Shown here: positions 26,186-35,031 of the stretch, piece by piece
Position numbering within the stretch: the first letter of the stretch is position 1
How the letters are laid out: each line of letters opens with the position of its first letter
From: an uncultured Candidatus Saccharibacteria bacterium
GTDB taxonomy: Bacteria; Patescibacteriota; Minisyncoccia; UBA6257; 2-01-FULL-56-20
Assembly: GCA_964456235.1 (NCBI GenBank)
Contig: CAYWDX010000001.1
Coordinates: 125,935 to 189,934, forward strand
DNA length: 64,000 nucleotides
Reading direction: 5' to 3'
The notes under the pieces: model-generated
Told to the model about the DNA's origin: nothing
The model's database searches: none
The model's input: the letters and a program-made list of their open reading frames with translations, nothing else
Position numbers and translations under genes: made by a program

Positions 26186-26814
26186 TATGAAGAAGAGTTA
26201 AGAGAGGACGATGGCGACGATCCCGATGACGATGACGGAGGCGATGCTCCCGAGCCGGGCGTGGGAGTCCTCGCAGTCGTTCCAAAGAGAGCTTTTCGCT
26301 CTTGGCCCAAGAGCCGGTGGACAGCCCACGCGACCGCCATTCCAATCACCGCACCTCCTATTATATCAGTCGGCCAATGAACGCCGGCATACACCCGCGC
26401 TAGTCCATTCCCAATCGCAAAAATGAAAAGCCAAGCTCCCCATGTACGATCCGCATACCATACGATGAGCGCGAGTGCGAAAAACCACGCGGCATGAGCC
26501 GAAGGAAAGGACCACCCGCCTTCTTGGACGAGCGGGACAAATCCATAAACATCAAATGGCCGGGGCTCGTGATAGAACCAGCGGATGATTTCCACGATGA
26601 GACCGCGCCCCACCATGACGGCGAGTGCTCCTTCCGCAAAAAGATATGCGCGCTTGCGCCACTCGCCTGCCTGCCACGCGAGCAGCAAAAACGCAGCCAC
26701 TAAAAAATATGGCACGTAGGTTGCAAAAAAAATCCCGAGGTCATCGAGAAGAACATGGCGTCCGGCGAATTGATGGATCCACGAGAAGGCAGCTTGGTCG
26801 AATGAGTTCATCAC
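26185..26814 (-). CDS. PAP2-family membrane phosphatase (PgpB/undecaprenyl-PP phosphatase-like)
   Basis: PAP2 motifs YHEPRP, PSAHAAW, GVHWPTD; overlaps the uppP start by 1 nt; Ser/Pro-rich C-terminal tail. Confidence 0.85.
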   Translation of the reverse strand: MMNSFDQAAFSWIHQFAGRHVLLDDLGIFFATYVPYFLVAAFLLLAWQAGEWRKRAYLFAEGALAVMVGRGLIVEIIRWFYHEPRPFDVYGFVPLVQEGGWSFPSAHAAWFFALALIVWYADRTWGAWLFIFAIGNGLARVYAGVHWPTDIIGGAVIGMAVAWAVHRLLGQERKALFGTTARTPTPGSGASPPSSSSGSSPSSSLNSSS

Positions 26815-26834
26815 TCCATCCTACCGCGTCTTTA

Positions 26835-27038
26835 CTAACCGCGCACGTAGGGCAAGAGTCCCATGAACCGCGCCCGCTTGATCGCTTCAGCCAGTTTTCG
26901 TTGGTGTTTCGCGCAAATGCCGGTATGGCGCGGGTCAATAATCTTCGCCTGGCTCGAAACAAAGCGGCGCAAAAGCTCCACCTCCTTGTAGTCGATGTTC
27001 ATGATATTCTGCGAGCAGAAAAAACACTGTTGGGGCAT
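26835..27038 (-). CDS. rpsR: 30S ribosomal protein bS18
   Basis: [64 protein letters not shown]. Confidence 0.9.
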   Translation of the reverse strand: MPQQCFFCSQNIMNIDYKEVELLRRFVSSQAKIIDPRHTGICAKHQRKLAEAIKRARFMGLLPYVRG

Positions 27039-27062
27039 TTTAATAAATTCTTAATGTTTTCA

Positions 27063-27662
27063 TTAGACTTTCTTAACCTGGAGCGAGTCCAGTTCCACGG
27101 CGGTGTCGCGTCCGAAAATCGGAACAAGCACCTTGATGCTTCCCTTTTCCGTATTCACTTCAGCCACTTTGCCGTCGTATTCTTTGAACGGACCGTCGGT
27201 TATTTTTACCAGATCGCCAACTTTGAGGTCAAGCACCATCTTGCCTTCGTCCTTCGTCGAACGCGCGAGGAGCATGTCGACTTCATCTTTTGAAAGAGGC
27301 GTCGGCGTCGTGTTATCGGGGCCGACGAAACCGGTGACGCGCGGCGTGTTGCGCACGACATACCAGGAATCTTCCGTGAGAATCATTTCGACAAGCACAT
27401 AGCCCGGATAAATTTTTTCCTCCACGGTCTGGCGTTTACCGCCCTTCACGCGGATGGTTTTTTCTTTGGGAACCAAAATATTGAAAATTTTGTCGCCCAT
27501 CTCGAGCGATTCGACGCGCTGCTTCAAATAGCGCGCGACGGCCTCTTCATAACCGGAATAGGTCTGCACGGCATACCACTGCCGCATCTTGGGCGATTCG
27601 CTATGGGTTCCCGGGCGTGAAGGTTGCAAGGGCATGGTGATGAGGTGATTAAGAAATGACAA
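27063..27662 (-). CDS. nusG: transcription termination/antitermination factor NusG
   Basis: NGN domain WYAVQTYSGYEE; KOW motif KVGDLVKITDGPFKEYDGKVAEV; the true start may be the internal Met (MRQWYAV). Confidence 0.9.
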   Translation of the reverse strand: MSFLNHLITMPLQPSRPGTHSESPKMRQWYAVQTYSGYEEAVARYLKQRVESLEMGDKIFNILVPKEKTIRVKGGKRQTVEEKIYPGYVLVEMILTEDSWYVVRNTPRVTGFVGPDNTTPTPLSKDEVDMLLARSTKDEGKMVLDLKVGDLVKITDGPFKEYDGKVAEVNTEKGSIKVLVPIFGRDTAVELDSLQVKKV

Positions 27663-27837
27663 ATGATTTTATGATATTCGTGAAAAGATAATCGAAGAGG
27701 CCAAGAAACAGGGCGATGCCGAGCGCCATGATGATCACGATCGAGGTAAGGCGCACCGCTTCCTGGCGCGTCGGCCAGTTCACGTGACGCAACTCCTGGC
27801 GCGATTCTGCAAAAAAGCTTTTGAGTCGGGCGAACAT
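27649..27837 (-). CDS. secE: preprotein translocase subunit SecE
   Basis: 62 aa, single C-terminal TM; canonical secE-nusG order. Confidence 0.8.
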   Translation of the reverse strand: MFARLKSFFAESRQELRHVNWPTRQEAVRLTSIVIIMALGIALFLGLFDYLFTNIIKSFVIS

Positions 27838-27945
27838 TTTTTATTTTTACGATATATTGATTGCGCGCCGCACGCGGTTCGATGCGCCGAGCGCTACCCC
27901 CGAATTAAAATACCGCTATACTCGCGGCATTGGGAGGATGGCACC

Positions 27946-27974
27946 AGTATAGCCCTCGGGATGCCCCTCGTCAA
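27946..27974 (-). promoter_or_regulatory. candidate sigma70 promoter for secE-nusG (TTGACG-17-TATACT)
   Basis: Minus-strand ttgacg (27969-27974) and tatact (27946-27951) with a 17-nt spacer, ~100 nt upstream of secE. Confidence 0.45.
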
Positions 27975-28111
27975 CACGGCCGTGCCTGTGGATCCGGCGG
28001 GACTTGCACCCGCTTCCCCGGTCTGGCGAGAACGGGATCCTACTCCATAAACGACGGACCCATCCACAGGCGGAACGATGCTAACACATGCGCGATTAAA
28101 AAATGCTTAAA

Positions 28112-28142
28112 GAAAACAAAAACGGCCGCAGAGGCAGCCGTT
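28112..28142 (-). terminator. rho-independent terminator ~120 nt downstream of gyrB
   Basis: Minus strand AACGGCTGCCTCTGCGGCCGTT stem-loop followed by TTTTTGTTTTC. Confidence 0.55.
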
Positions 28143-28190
28143 AGCGCGCCAGACCGTGTATCCATCGTTTCCAACGGACCCCGTTCCTTG
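28112..28190 (-). ncRNA. candidate ~80-nt small RNA (promoter-to-terminator unit) in the gyrB-secE spacer; identity unknown
   Basis: Minus-strand TTGACA (28218-28223), 16-nt spacer, TATGCT (28196-28201), then ~80 nt ending at the terminator above; no ORF; no match by eye to SRP, tmRNA or RNase P motifs. Confidence 0.25.
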
Positions 28191-28258
28191 GCTCCAGCAT
28201 AACGCTAGAGCAAGAGATGTCAAGTAAGATTTTAATAACTTTTTAATGAAGGCAGTTC

Positions 28259-30355
28259 TTATGCCTGCAAATCCAAGTTCTGCACGGTCGCCGCGTGCGC
28301 CTGGATGAAATTCTTGCGCGGCTCCACGGCATCGCCCATCAAAATGTCGAAAAGCTTGTCAGCTTTTTCAGCGTCGTCGATCGTCACCTGTTTCATTAAG
28401 CGATTTTCCGGATTCATCGTCGTTTCCCAAAGCTGGTCGGCATTCATTTCGCCGAGACCCTTGTAGCGCTGCACATTCGGCGTGCGTTTTGCATCGCCGC
28501 TTTCAGCCACTTCCAAACCCTCTTCGGCGGCATCCCCAGCAGTGCGAGTAACCCCGGTCTCCGCAGCTTTCGCACCTGCTTTTTTAACACCGGCCTTCGC
28601 CGCAGGCGCAGCTTTTTGCAATTCCGCGATCACTTTTGTTTTTTCAGCATCAGAAAACGCGTAACGGAACGCTTTACCAAGTTGGACGCGATAGAGTGGC
28701 GGCTGCGCGATATACAAAAACCCTCCCTCGACTACCGCTTTGAAATAACGGTAGAAAAGCGTAAGGAGGAGCGTCCGGATGTGCGCGCCGTCCACGTCAG
28801 CATCGGTCATGATGATAATTTTGTGGTAGCGCAACTTTTCCATATTAAATTCCTCGCCGATCGCCGTGCCGATGGCGACGACAAGCGCGCGGACCTCGGC
28901 GTTCGCGAGCATCTTGTCAAGGCGCGCACGTTCTACGTTCAGAATTTTTCCGCGCAAAGGCAGGATCGCTTGCGTGTGGCGATTGCGCCCCTGCTTTGCG
29001 GTACCTCCCGCCGAGTCGCCCTCTACTATAAATAACTCTGAATCGGCGGCACTCTTCGAAATGCAGTCGGCGAGCTTGCCCGGCAGCGTGAGCCCTTCGA
29101 ACGCGCCCTTGCGGAGCACGGTCTCGCGCGCCGCGCGCGCCGCCATGCGCGCCCGTGCCGTCAACATGACTTTTGCGAGAATCCCCTTCGCTTCTTGCGG
29201 ATGTTTTTCCAAAAATTCCTTGAGCGCCTCGTTCATCACGGCTTCAACGGCGGTGCGGGCTTCAGGATTGCCGAGCTTGGCTTTCGTTTGCCCCTCAAAC
29301 TGCGGCTCGCGCAATTTTATAGAAACGATAGCGACGAGGCCTTCGCGCATGTCATCGCTCGTCAGATTTTCGTCTTTCTCTTTGAGATATCCTTCGCCGC
29401 GCGCGTAATTGTTGAGCGATCGGGTGAGCGCGGAACGAAAACCGGTCAGGTGCATGCCGCCGTCGGGCGTGTAAATATTATTCGCAAAGCTCATCTCCTG
29501 CACTTTCGTGTCATCGACATAGAGGAACGCGACCTCGACGCCGATTTTTTCCTGGTCCTTATCTATATAAAAAACATCTTCATGGAGCCGATTTTTTTTC
29601 TCGGCCAGGAATTTTACGAACGAAAGCAATCCACCTTCAAAATAGAAGCCGTGGAATACGGGCACCGCCCCGCGGCGATCGAACACGTTGATGCGCACTC
29701 CCTTTGTGAGATAGGCCTGCTGTCGCAGGTGATCGAGTATCGTCTTCTCGTTAAATTCGAGTTCGGAAAAAATTTGCTGGTCCGGCGAGAACGTGACGCG
29801 CGTGCCATGCCGCTTCGATGCGCCGACCTTCTTTACCTTATATTTCGGTTTGCCGCGCTCATATTCCTGCACGAACATCCCCCCGTCGCGCTCGACTTCG
29901 ACTTTGAGCCACTCTGAAAGCGCGTTCACGACCGACACGCCGACGCCATGCAAGCCGCCGGAAACTTTATATGATTCGCCGCCGAATTTTCCGCCAGCGT
30001 GGAGCGTGGTGAGCACCGTTTCGAGCGCTGACTTTTTTGTTTGTGCATGCGTTTCAACCGGAATGCCGCGGCCGTCGTCGACAACGCTCACGCGGTTTTT
30101 CGGCAAAAGTTCGATCGTTATATTCTTCGCGTAGCTGGCCATCGCCTCGTCGATCGAGTTGTCGACGACTTCCCAGATCAGGTGGTGCAATCCAAGCGAG
30201 CCGGTCGAACCGATGTACATGCCCGGCCGCTTGCGGACCGGCTCAAGGCCTTCGAGAACATAGATATCCTTCGCGCTGTAGGAGGCGCTGCCCTTCGTAT
30301 CGTTTTTCTCTTCCTTTTTCGATTTAGGCGCGGTTTTTGTTGCTTTTTCGGGCAT
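28259..30355 (-). CDS. gyrB: DNA gyrase subunit B
   Basis: GHKL ATPase N-terminus (YSAKDIYVLEGLEPVRKRPGMYIGST...LHHLIWEVVDNSIDEAM), Toprim EGDSAGG, Ala/Lys-rich insert near the C-terminus. Confidence 0.95.
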   Translation of the reverse strand: MPEKATKTAPKSKKEEKNDTKGSASYSAKDIYVLEGLEPVRKRPGMYIGSTGSLGLHHLIWEVVDNSIDEAMASYAKNITIELLPKNRVSVVDDGRGIPVETHAQTKKSALETVLTTLHAGGKFGGESYKVSGGLHGVGVSVVNALSEWLKVEVERDGGMFVQEYERGKPKYKVKKVGASKRHGTRVTFSPDQQIFSELEFNEKTILDHLRQQAYLTKGVRINVFDRRGAVPVFHGFYFEGGLLSFVKFLAEKKNRLHEDVFYIDKDQEKIGVEVAFLYVDDTKVQEMSFANNIYTPDGGMHLTGFRSALTRSLNNYARGEGYLKEKDENLTSDDMREGLVAIVSIKLREPQFEGQTKAKLGNPEARTAVEAVMNEALKEFLEKHPQEAKGILAKVMLTARARMAARAARETVLRKGAFEGLTLPGKLADCISKSAADSELFIVEGDSAGGTAKQGRNRHTQAILPLRGKILNVERARLDKMLANAEVRALVVAIGTAIGEEFNMEKLRYHKIIIMTDADVDGAHIRTLLLTLFYRYFKAVVEGGFLYIAQPPLYRVQLGKAFRYAFSDAEKTKVIAELQKAAPAAKAGVKKAGAKAAETGVTRTAGDAAEEGLEVAESGDAKRTPNVQRYKGLGEMNADQLWETTMNPENRLMKQVTIDDAEKADKLFDILMGDAVEPRKNFIQAHAATVQNLDLQA

Positions 30356-30459
30356 AGTTTTAGAGCCAACGTGAGGCTTTAAAGATGCTTCATTTTACCA
30401 CGTTTTGGGGTCAATTTCCAACCCTCCTCAAGCATTAAAATCTTGTTAAAATATACCCA

Positions 30460-32325
30460 ATGAATGCCCTCGCGCGAGCTGAAAAAGAACTGAAGAAAAT
30501 TGCGAATCTTCCAAGGGGAATTGCCCGGAGTCAAGCTAATACTCTCGAGCCGCTGAATAATGCAACCCTTATTGTTTCTGATGCGCGAGACCGGGCGTCT
30601 CTTCTCGCGAACGTTCATCCCGATAAAAAAGTCCGTGATAACGCCGAGAAAGAAATTCAAAAACTCTCAAAATTTTTCCCAAAACTTTATTCGAGAGAAG
30701 ATCTTTACCGTGCCGTCAAAACTGTTTCGCCTCGAAACCTTGACCCTGTGGCGCGACGATTTAGAGAAAAAGAGTTGCTCAATTTCAAACTTTCCGGCAT
30801 TGAAAAATCAGTGCCTGTTCGTCGTGAAATTAAAAAAATGATTGCGAAAATGGTAAAACTGGGGCAAGTTTTTGATAGAACGATTAAGGATGATGTGCGC
30901 CATCTCGCGGTCAAAGCTAGCGAGCTCGAAGGGATGCCAGCAGACTATCTCGAAGCTCGTCCGGCGGATGAGAACGGCGTGGTCGAAATCTCTACACAGT
31001 ATCCGGATTATTATCCAGCCATGCAGCATATGAAGAGTGGCACTATGCGTAAGAAATTATTTTCCCTTTCGATCAATCGTGGTTGGCCGAAGAATGATAA
31101 GGCGTTACGCCAGTTACTCGCCACGCGCCAACGCATTGCTCAATTACTTGGATATAAAGATTGGGCGTATTATTCTATGTTCGACAAAATGGCCAAGTCC
31201 CCCTCGACCGCATGGAGTTTCCTCAACCATGCTAGCCAGCTTGCCAAACCTACCTCGCTGCGCGATATGGGGTCGCTCCTCAAAAGGAAGAAAGAAGATC
31301 TCCCTCGCGCACGCGCGATAGATCCATGGGATCTTCAATATTACGAAACGATTGTCGCCAAGGAAAAGATTGGCGTCGATTTGAAACAGGTGCGCGAATA
31401 TTTTCCCTTTAAGAATGTGAAGCCGGGCATCCTCGGGATCACTGAACGCTTATTCGGTCTTACCTATCGCCGCCTCACGGTCAAAACCTGGCATGAAGAT
31501 GTGGAGGCTTATGACGTGTATCGAAGAAAAGTTAAGATTGGCCGATTCTATTTAGACCTACACCCACGGCAAGGTAAATATAATCATGCAGCTTGCTTCG
31601 GCCTGAAGGCGGGCATCAAAGGGAGGCAACTCCCAGAAGCAGTTCTTGTCTGTAATTTCTCCCGCGGTCTTGCGACTCACGAAGAAGTCACCACCTTCCT
31701 CCACGAGTTCGGCCATCTTGTTCATTTTATTCTTGGTGGGCACCAACACTGGGTGCGCTTCTCTGGATATTCTGGCGAACATGATTTCATTGAATCACCT
31801 TCGCAAATGCTCGAGGCATGGGCGCTCGATTTTGAAACCGTCAAAAGATTTGCGCGTCATTATAGAACTGGGAAGCCGATACCCCGGGCTCTCTTTGAGC
31901 GGATAATAAAATCTGACAGATTCGGGCGCGGCACATGGATACGTCGTCAAATCTTTTATTCGGCGCTCGCACTTCGCTATCATCAAGAAAAAAATCCTCT
32001 CCGGGCCAACTTATCGGGCATTATGAAAAAATTACAGAAAAAATATGATTTAATTACATATCCACCGGGCGCCCATTTCTATACGAATTTTGGACACCTC
32101 TATGGTTATTCTGCCCTCTATTATACTTACCCCTGGTCACGCGCGATTGCGGAAGACATTCTCTCACCTTTCAAAAAACGGGGTATGTATAACAAAAAAG
32201 TTGCGAGTGAATACGCTGAAAAAATCCTCGCGCAGGGCGGCTCCAAAGATAGTAATAAGCTTATTCGCGATTTTCTTGGGAGAAAATGGCAGCTGAAAGC
32301 TTTCGAGAAATGGCTGAGAGAATGA
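30460..32325 (+). CDS. M3-family zinc oligopeptidase (oligopeptidase A / Dcp-like)
   Basis: HEFGHLVHF HExxH motif in M3 context; 621 aa. Confidence 0.88.
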   Translation: MNALARAEKELKKIANLPRGIARSQANTLEPLNNATLIVSDARDRASLLANVHPDKKVRDNAEKEIQKLSKFFPKLYSREDLYRAVKTVSPRNLDPVARRFREKELLNFKLSGIEKSVPVRREIKKMIAKMVKLGQVFDRTIKDDVRHLAVKASELEGMPADYLEARPADENGVVEISTQYPDYYPAMQHMKSGTMRKKLFSLSINRGWPKNDKALRQLLATRQRIAQLLGYKDWAYYSMFDKMAKSPSTAWSFLNHASQLAKPTSLRDMGSLLKRKKEDLPRARAIDPWDLQYYETIVAKEKIGVDLKQVREYFPFKNVKPGILGITERLFGLTYRRLTVKTWHEDVEAYDVYRRKVKIGRFYLDLHPRQGKYNHAACFGLKAGIKGRQLPEAVLVCNFSRGLATHEEVTTFLHEFGHLVHFILGGHQHWVRFSGYSGEHDFIESPSQMLEAWALDFETVKRFARHYRTGKPIPRALFERIIKSDRFGRGTWIRRQIFYSALALRYHQEKNPLRANLSGIMKKLQKKYDLITYPPGAHFYTNFGHLYGYSALYYTYPWSRAIAEDILSPFKKRGMYNKKVASEYAEKILAQGGSKDSNKLIRDFLGRKWQLKAFEKWLRE

Positions 32326-32392
32326 CCCATAATAAAATCGGGAGCCCTGTCGCACTTGCGCAAGCGGGAACTTAATTAAATAATTATTAAAT

Positions 32393-33178
32393 ATGAAGGA
32401 GACGAAGGTCCTGATGGGCATGCCCGTCACGGTGGAAATTGTTGATGCGCAAGCGGACGTGAACGACGGCCGAGGTGCGGAAGACGCGATTCGCGCCGTC
32501 TTCGATTATTTCAATTACATTGATGAGAAATTCAGCACCTATAAAGATGCGAGCGAAATTGTGGCGATCAACCGCGGCGAACTTCCGCCAGAACAATGGA
32601 GCGAGGATATGAAAACGGTTTTTATTCTTGCGGAAAAGACCAAGATGCTCACCGATGGCTACTTCGATATCAAGATGCCGGACGGCAAGTACGATCCTTC
32701 AGGCATCGTGAAGGGTTGGGCGGTGTGGAATGCATCAGACATCATCACGAAGGCCGGCTTCAAACATTTTTATGTTGACGCCGGCGGCGACATTCAAACG
32801 AGCGGCATGAACGCCGAAGGGGAAAAATGGGTGGTCCACATTAAGAATCCGTGGAATAACGATGAAACCATGAAGGTGGTCTGCCTTTCGGGCGAAGGCA
32901 TCGCGACATCTGGAACCCATATCCGCGGCGATCACATCTACAATCCCCGCACGGGCGCCAAGGCGAGTGAAATCGCGAGCTTGACCGTGATCGGTCCGAA
33001 TGTCTATGAAGCTGATCGATTTGCGACGGGCGCGTTCGCGATGGGCAATAACGCAATCAGTTACATCGAAAATTTGCGCGACATGGCAAGTTTCCCTCTC
33101 GAGGGATATGCGATCGACAACAAGAAGATTGTTACGATGACGAACGGCTTCGCGAAGTATGTGGCCGAAGCGTCGTGA
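32393..33178 (+). CDS. ApbE-family FAD:protein FMN transferase-like protein
   Basis: ApbE-like motifs DPSGIVKGWAV and YVDAGGDI; 261 aa (shorter than typical ApbE). Confidence 0.65.
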   Translation: MKETKVLMGMPVTVEIVDAQADVNDGRGAEDAIRAVFDYFNYIDEKFSTYKDASEIVAINRGELPPEQWSEDMKTVFILAEKTKMLTDGYFDIKMPDGKYDPSGIVKGWAVWNASDIITKAGFKHFYVDAGGDIQTSGMNAEGEKWVVHIKNPWNNDETMKVVCLSGEGIATSGTHIRGDHIYNPRTGAKASEIASLTVIGPNVYEADRFATGAFAMGNNAISYIENLRDMASFPLEGYAIDNKKIVTMTNGFAKYVAEAS

Positions 33179-33668
33179 AATTTGCTGCCGGCTCCGCGGG
33201 AAGAATCCAATCGCCGAGCCATTTTAGAAAGGCTTCCCGCCGCGGCTCAAAAACAACTTCTTGAATGTGCATGCGCGGGTGCGCCTCGGGCGTGTATTCA
33301 TAGTGGCCGCGCAATTCGCCATCATCAAAAAGCCGCAAGTGGTATTGGTATTCCCATCCATCGAGGATGCGCAGGCTAAGCACTTCGCCATCGTCGCGCC
33401 ACGCGAAGAAATGATTGCCGAATCCTTTGTTCCCGATGTCCGTTAAGAATTTTTTAATATCCGCTCCTTCGCGCAGCCAGCCGAGCAAATATTCCTGCCG
33501 GCCAACGTGGTTCAACAAACCGACCTGCGAAAGCAGGTCACGAAAGAATGGGTTGAACGGCGAGTAAAGGCGCCAAAAGCCAAACTTGACACGATGCCAT
33601 GCGTCCCCCGTGAGAGGAATTTTTGATGCTGGAATCTTCGACTTGAGCTCTTCGGTAACCGCTTGCAT
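33132..33668 (-). CDS. hypothetical protein
   Basis: 178-aa ORF with no recognisable motifs; convergent 47-nt overlap with the apbE end; start uncertain. Confidence 0.4.
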   Translation of the reverse strand: MQAVTEELKSKIPASKIPLTGDAWHRVKFGFWRLYSPFNPFFRDLLSQVGLLNHVGRQEYLLGWLREGADIKKFLTDIGNKGFGNHFFAWRDDGEVLSLRILDGWEYQYHLRLFDDGELRGHYEYTPEAHPRMHIQEVVFEPRREAFLKWLGDWILPAEPAANFTTLRPHTSRSRSSS

Positions 33669-33712
33669 TAATCCTTATTATATCATCGCCGGCCGCCAAA
33701 AATCCAGCATTT

Positions 33713-34375
33713 TTATGCTGCGGCGTGATCAAATGCAATATCCCAAACTTTCCCGGCCACGTTCCGTGCGGGTCCATGATAGGGATAATGATGGAGATCA
33801 ATGAACGGCAGACTGTTGCATTCGATCACGCCGCAAACCTGTTCTTGCCACGGCTTCGCCATGTCTTCGATCATGAAGTCAACGCCGACGAGTGGGTCAT
33901 CGAGCACCTCGCCGATTTTTATGAACATCTTTTCGTTTTCGGGATGGATCATTGGAATTTCTGTTGTCGTCGCGCCGACGGCCCGGCTCACTTTTGGATG
34001 CAGTACCACCATCACTCCTTTTTTAGGGACGCTATTCAGCGAAAGATTTTGCTCCTTGAGCGTCGCGCGAACTTCATCGTCAACGACGATCATATGAAAA
34101 ATTGGCCCAGCGCGCAACGGATTTTTATTTTCATGCTCGATGAGCGTCTTGATGGCGTTGTTACCATCCCCCATCACATGCGGCGCCTCCCGCCGCATCA
34201 CGCCCACGATTTTCCCGCCGACCAGCGTGACGCGGAAGACAAAACCCGGGAGTTCCTGCTCCACGACGACGCGCGGGGAAATTTCTTTGGCTTTTTGAAA
34301 CGCCTTGGTGAGTTCGATCGCATTCGTAATGTGAAGATAGGTGTGGCGACTGCGCGACCCGAGCGTTGGCTTCAC
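33713..34375 (-). CDS. ATP-grasp ligase, C-terminal portion (ATP-binding and catalytic half)
   Basis: ISPRVVVEQELPGFVFRVTLVGGKIVGVMRR...GVDFMIED: ATP-grasp central and C-domain pattern; lacks the N-terminal half, which sits in the upstream ORF in a different frame. Confidence 0.6.
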   Translation of the reverse strand: MKPTLGSRSRHTYLHITNAIELTKAFQKAKEISPRVVVEQELPGFVFRVTLVGGKIVGVMRREAPHVMGDGNNAIKTLIEHENKNPLRAGPIFHMIVVDDEVRATLKEQNLSLNSVPKKGVMVVLHPKVSRAVGATTTEIPMIHPENEKMFIKIGEVLDDPLVGVDFMIEDMAKPWQEQVCGVIECNSLPFIDLHHYPYHGPARNVAGKVWDIAFDHAAA

Positions 34376-34452
34376 GATCGCGGCGGCTGGGGCGGCGGAT
34401 GGCGCAGCGGCCGGCCCCGGCGCGTTTTTAATTTTTATTTCATTAAAAATTT

Positions 34453-35031
34453 CTAAAGCCCCGGCGAGCGAGCGCTTCCGCCCTGCGGCACTGGGATCCC
34501 CGCCTTCTTAAATTTCGAAAGTATGATGCCCTTGTCATCCATCCAATTGAGCGCCGCTTCAGGGGCGTTCCGGGGACGCGGGAGACCGTCAAAGAAGCGC
34601 GTGTCGTCGCCGAGCGTCGCATAAAAAAGTTCGCGCGGGAGGCCGAAGGGGCGAAATTCCCGCATCAGAATCCCTCGGTGATTCGCTTCTTCCCGGAGCA
34701 CTCGCGCGCGCCAGGTATTTTCTTCATCGGGGTGCTCCATGATGCGGCCTAAGCCAAGGGCAGCCAGAATATTCAGGATTGACGGGGCCAGGCGGCCTGG
34801 TTCGAGCACGGCGATGAACGGGCGCACGGCTTGCCACAGGGCGTCGAGCGGCCGGCTGAAGTAATCAATAAAATAATCCAGCTCGATCGAAAGCCGCTCG
34901 GCGCGGTGCGAGACCGCGACCGGACCGCAATCAGCACATTCGATGCGCGCGTTCATGTTAGTTTGCGCGCCGCATGAGCTACATCGGATTTTTCGGCTGG
35001 AGCATACTCGCGTGATTCCCTTCCGTGTCAA
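34453..35031 (-). CDS. ATP-grasp ligase, N-terminal portion, with 4-Cys zinc-ribbon (possible frameshift split from the downstream ORF)
   Basis: CSSCGAQT...CADCGP zinc ribbon; ends ...DKGIILSKFKKAGIPVPQG, the typical entry to the ATP-grasp core that continues in ORF 33713..34375; the two are 77 nt apart and out of frame; an internal Met (MNARIECADCGP) is an alternative start that avoids overlap with the VOC gene. Confidence 0.5.
   Translation of the reverse strand: MTRKGITRVCSSRKIRCSSCGAQTNMNARIECADCGPVAVSHRAERLSIELDYFIDYFSRPLDALWQAVRPFIAVLEPGRLAPSILNILAALGLGRIMEHPDEENTWRARVLREEANHRGILMREFRPFGLPRELFYATLGDDTRFFDGLPRPRNAPEAALNWMDDKGIILSKFKKAGIPVPQGGSARSPGL

Noticed and set aside
28031-28083. 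9-bp inverted repeat CCTGTGGAT...ATCCACAGG as a possible transposon end or attachment site
   Set aside because: It is a single short inverted repeat with no flanking transposase or integrase and no target duplication. It is more likely an RNA stem or protein-binding site. It is retained only as part of the spacer finding.
27784-28202. Two + strand ORFs (88 and 90 aa) in the gyrB-secE spacer
   Set aside because: They are Arg/Pro/Gly-rich with no SD. One is antisense to secE. The region is better explained by promoters, a terminator and RNA structure.
27838-28258. Attempted to identify the long spacer as SRP RNA, tmRNA or RNase P RNA
   Set aside because: By eye I could not find the SRP domain-IV GGAAGCAGCC-type motif, a tmRNA tRNA-like 3' end (GGTTCGA...CCA acceptor) or an RNase P P4 AGGAAAGTCCGGGCTCC-type motif on either strand. 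The identity is left open and needs an Rfam/Infernal scan.
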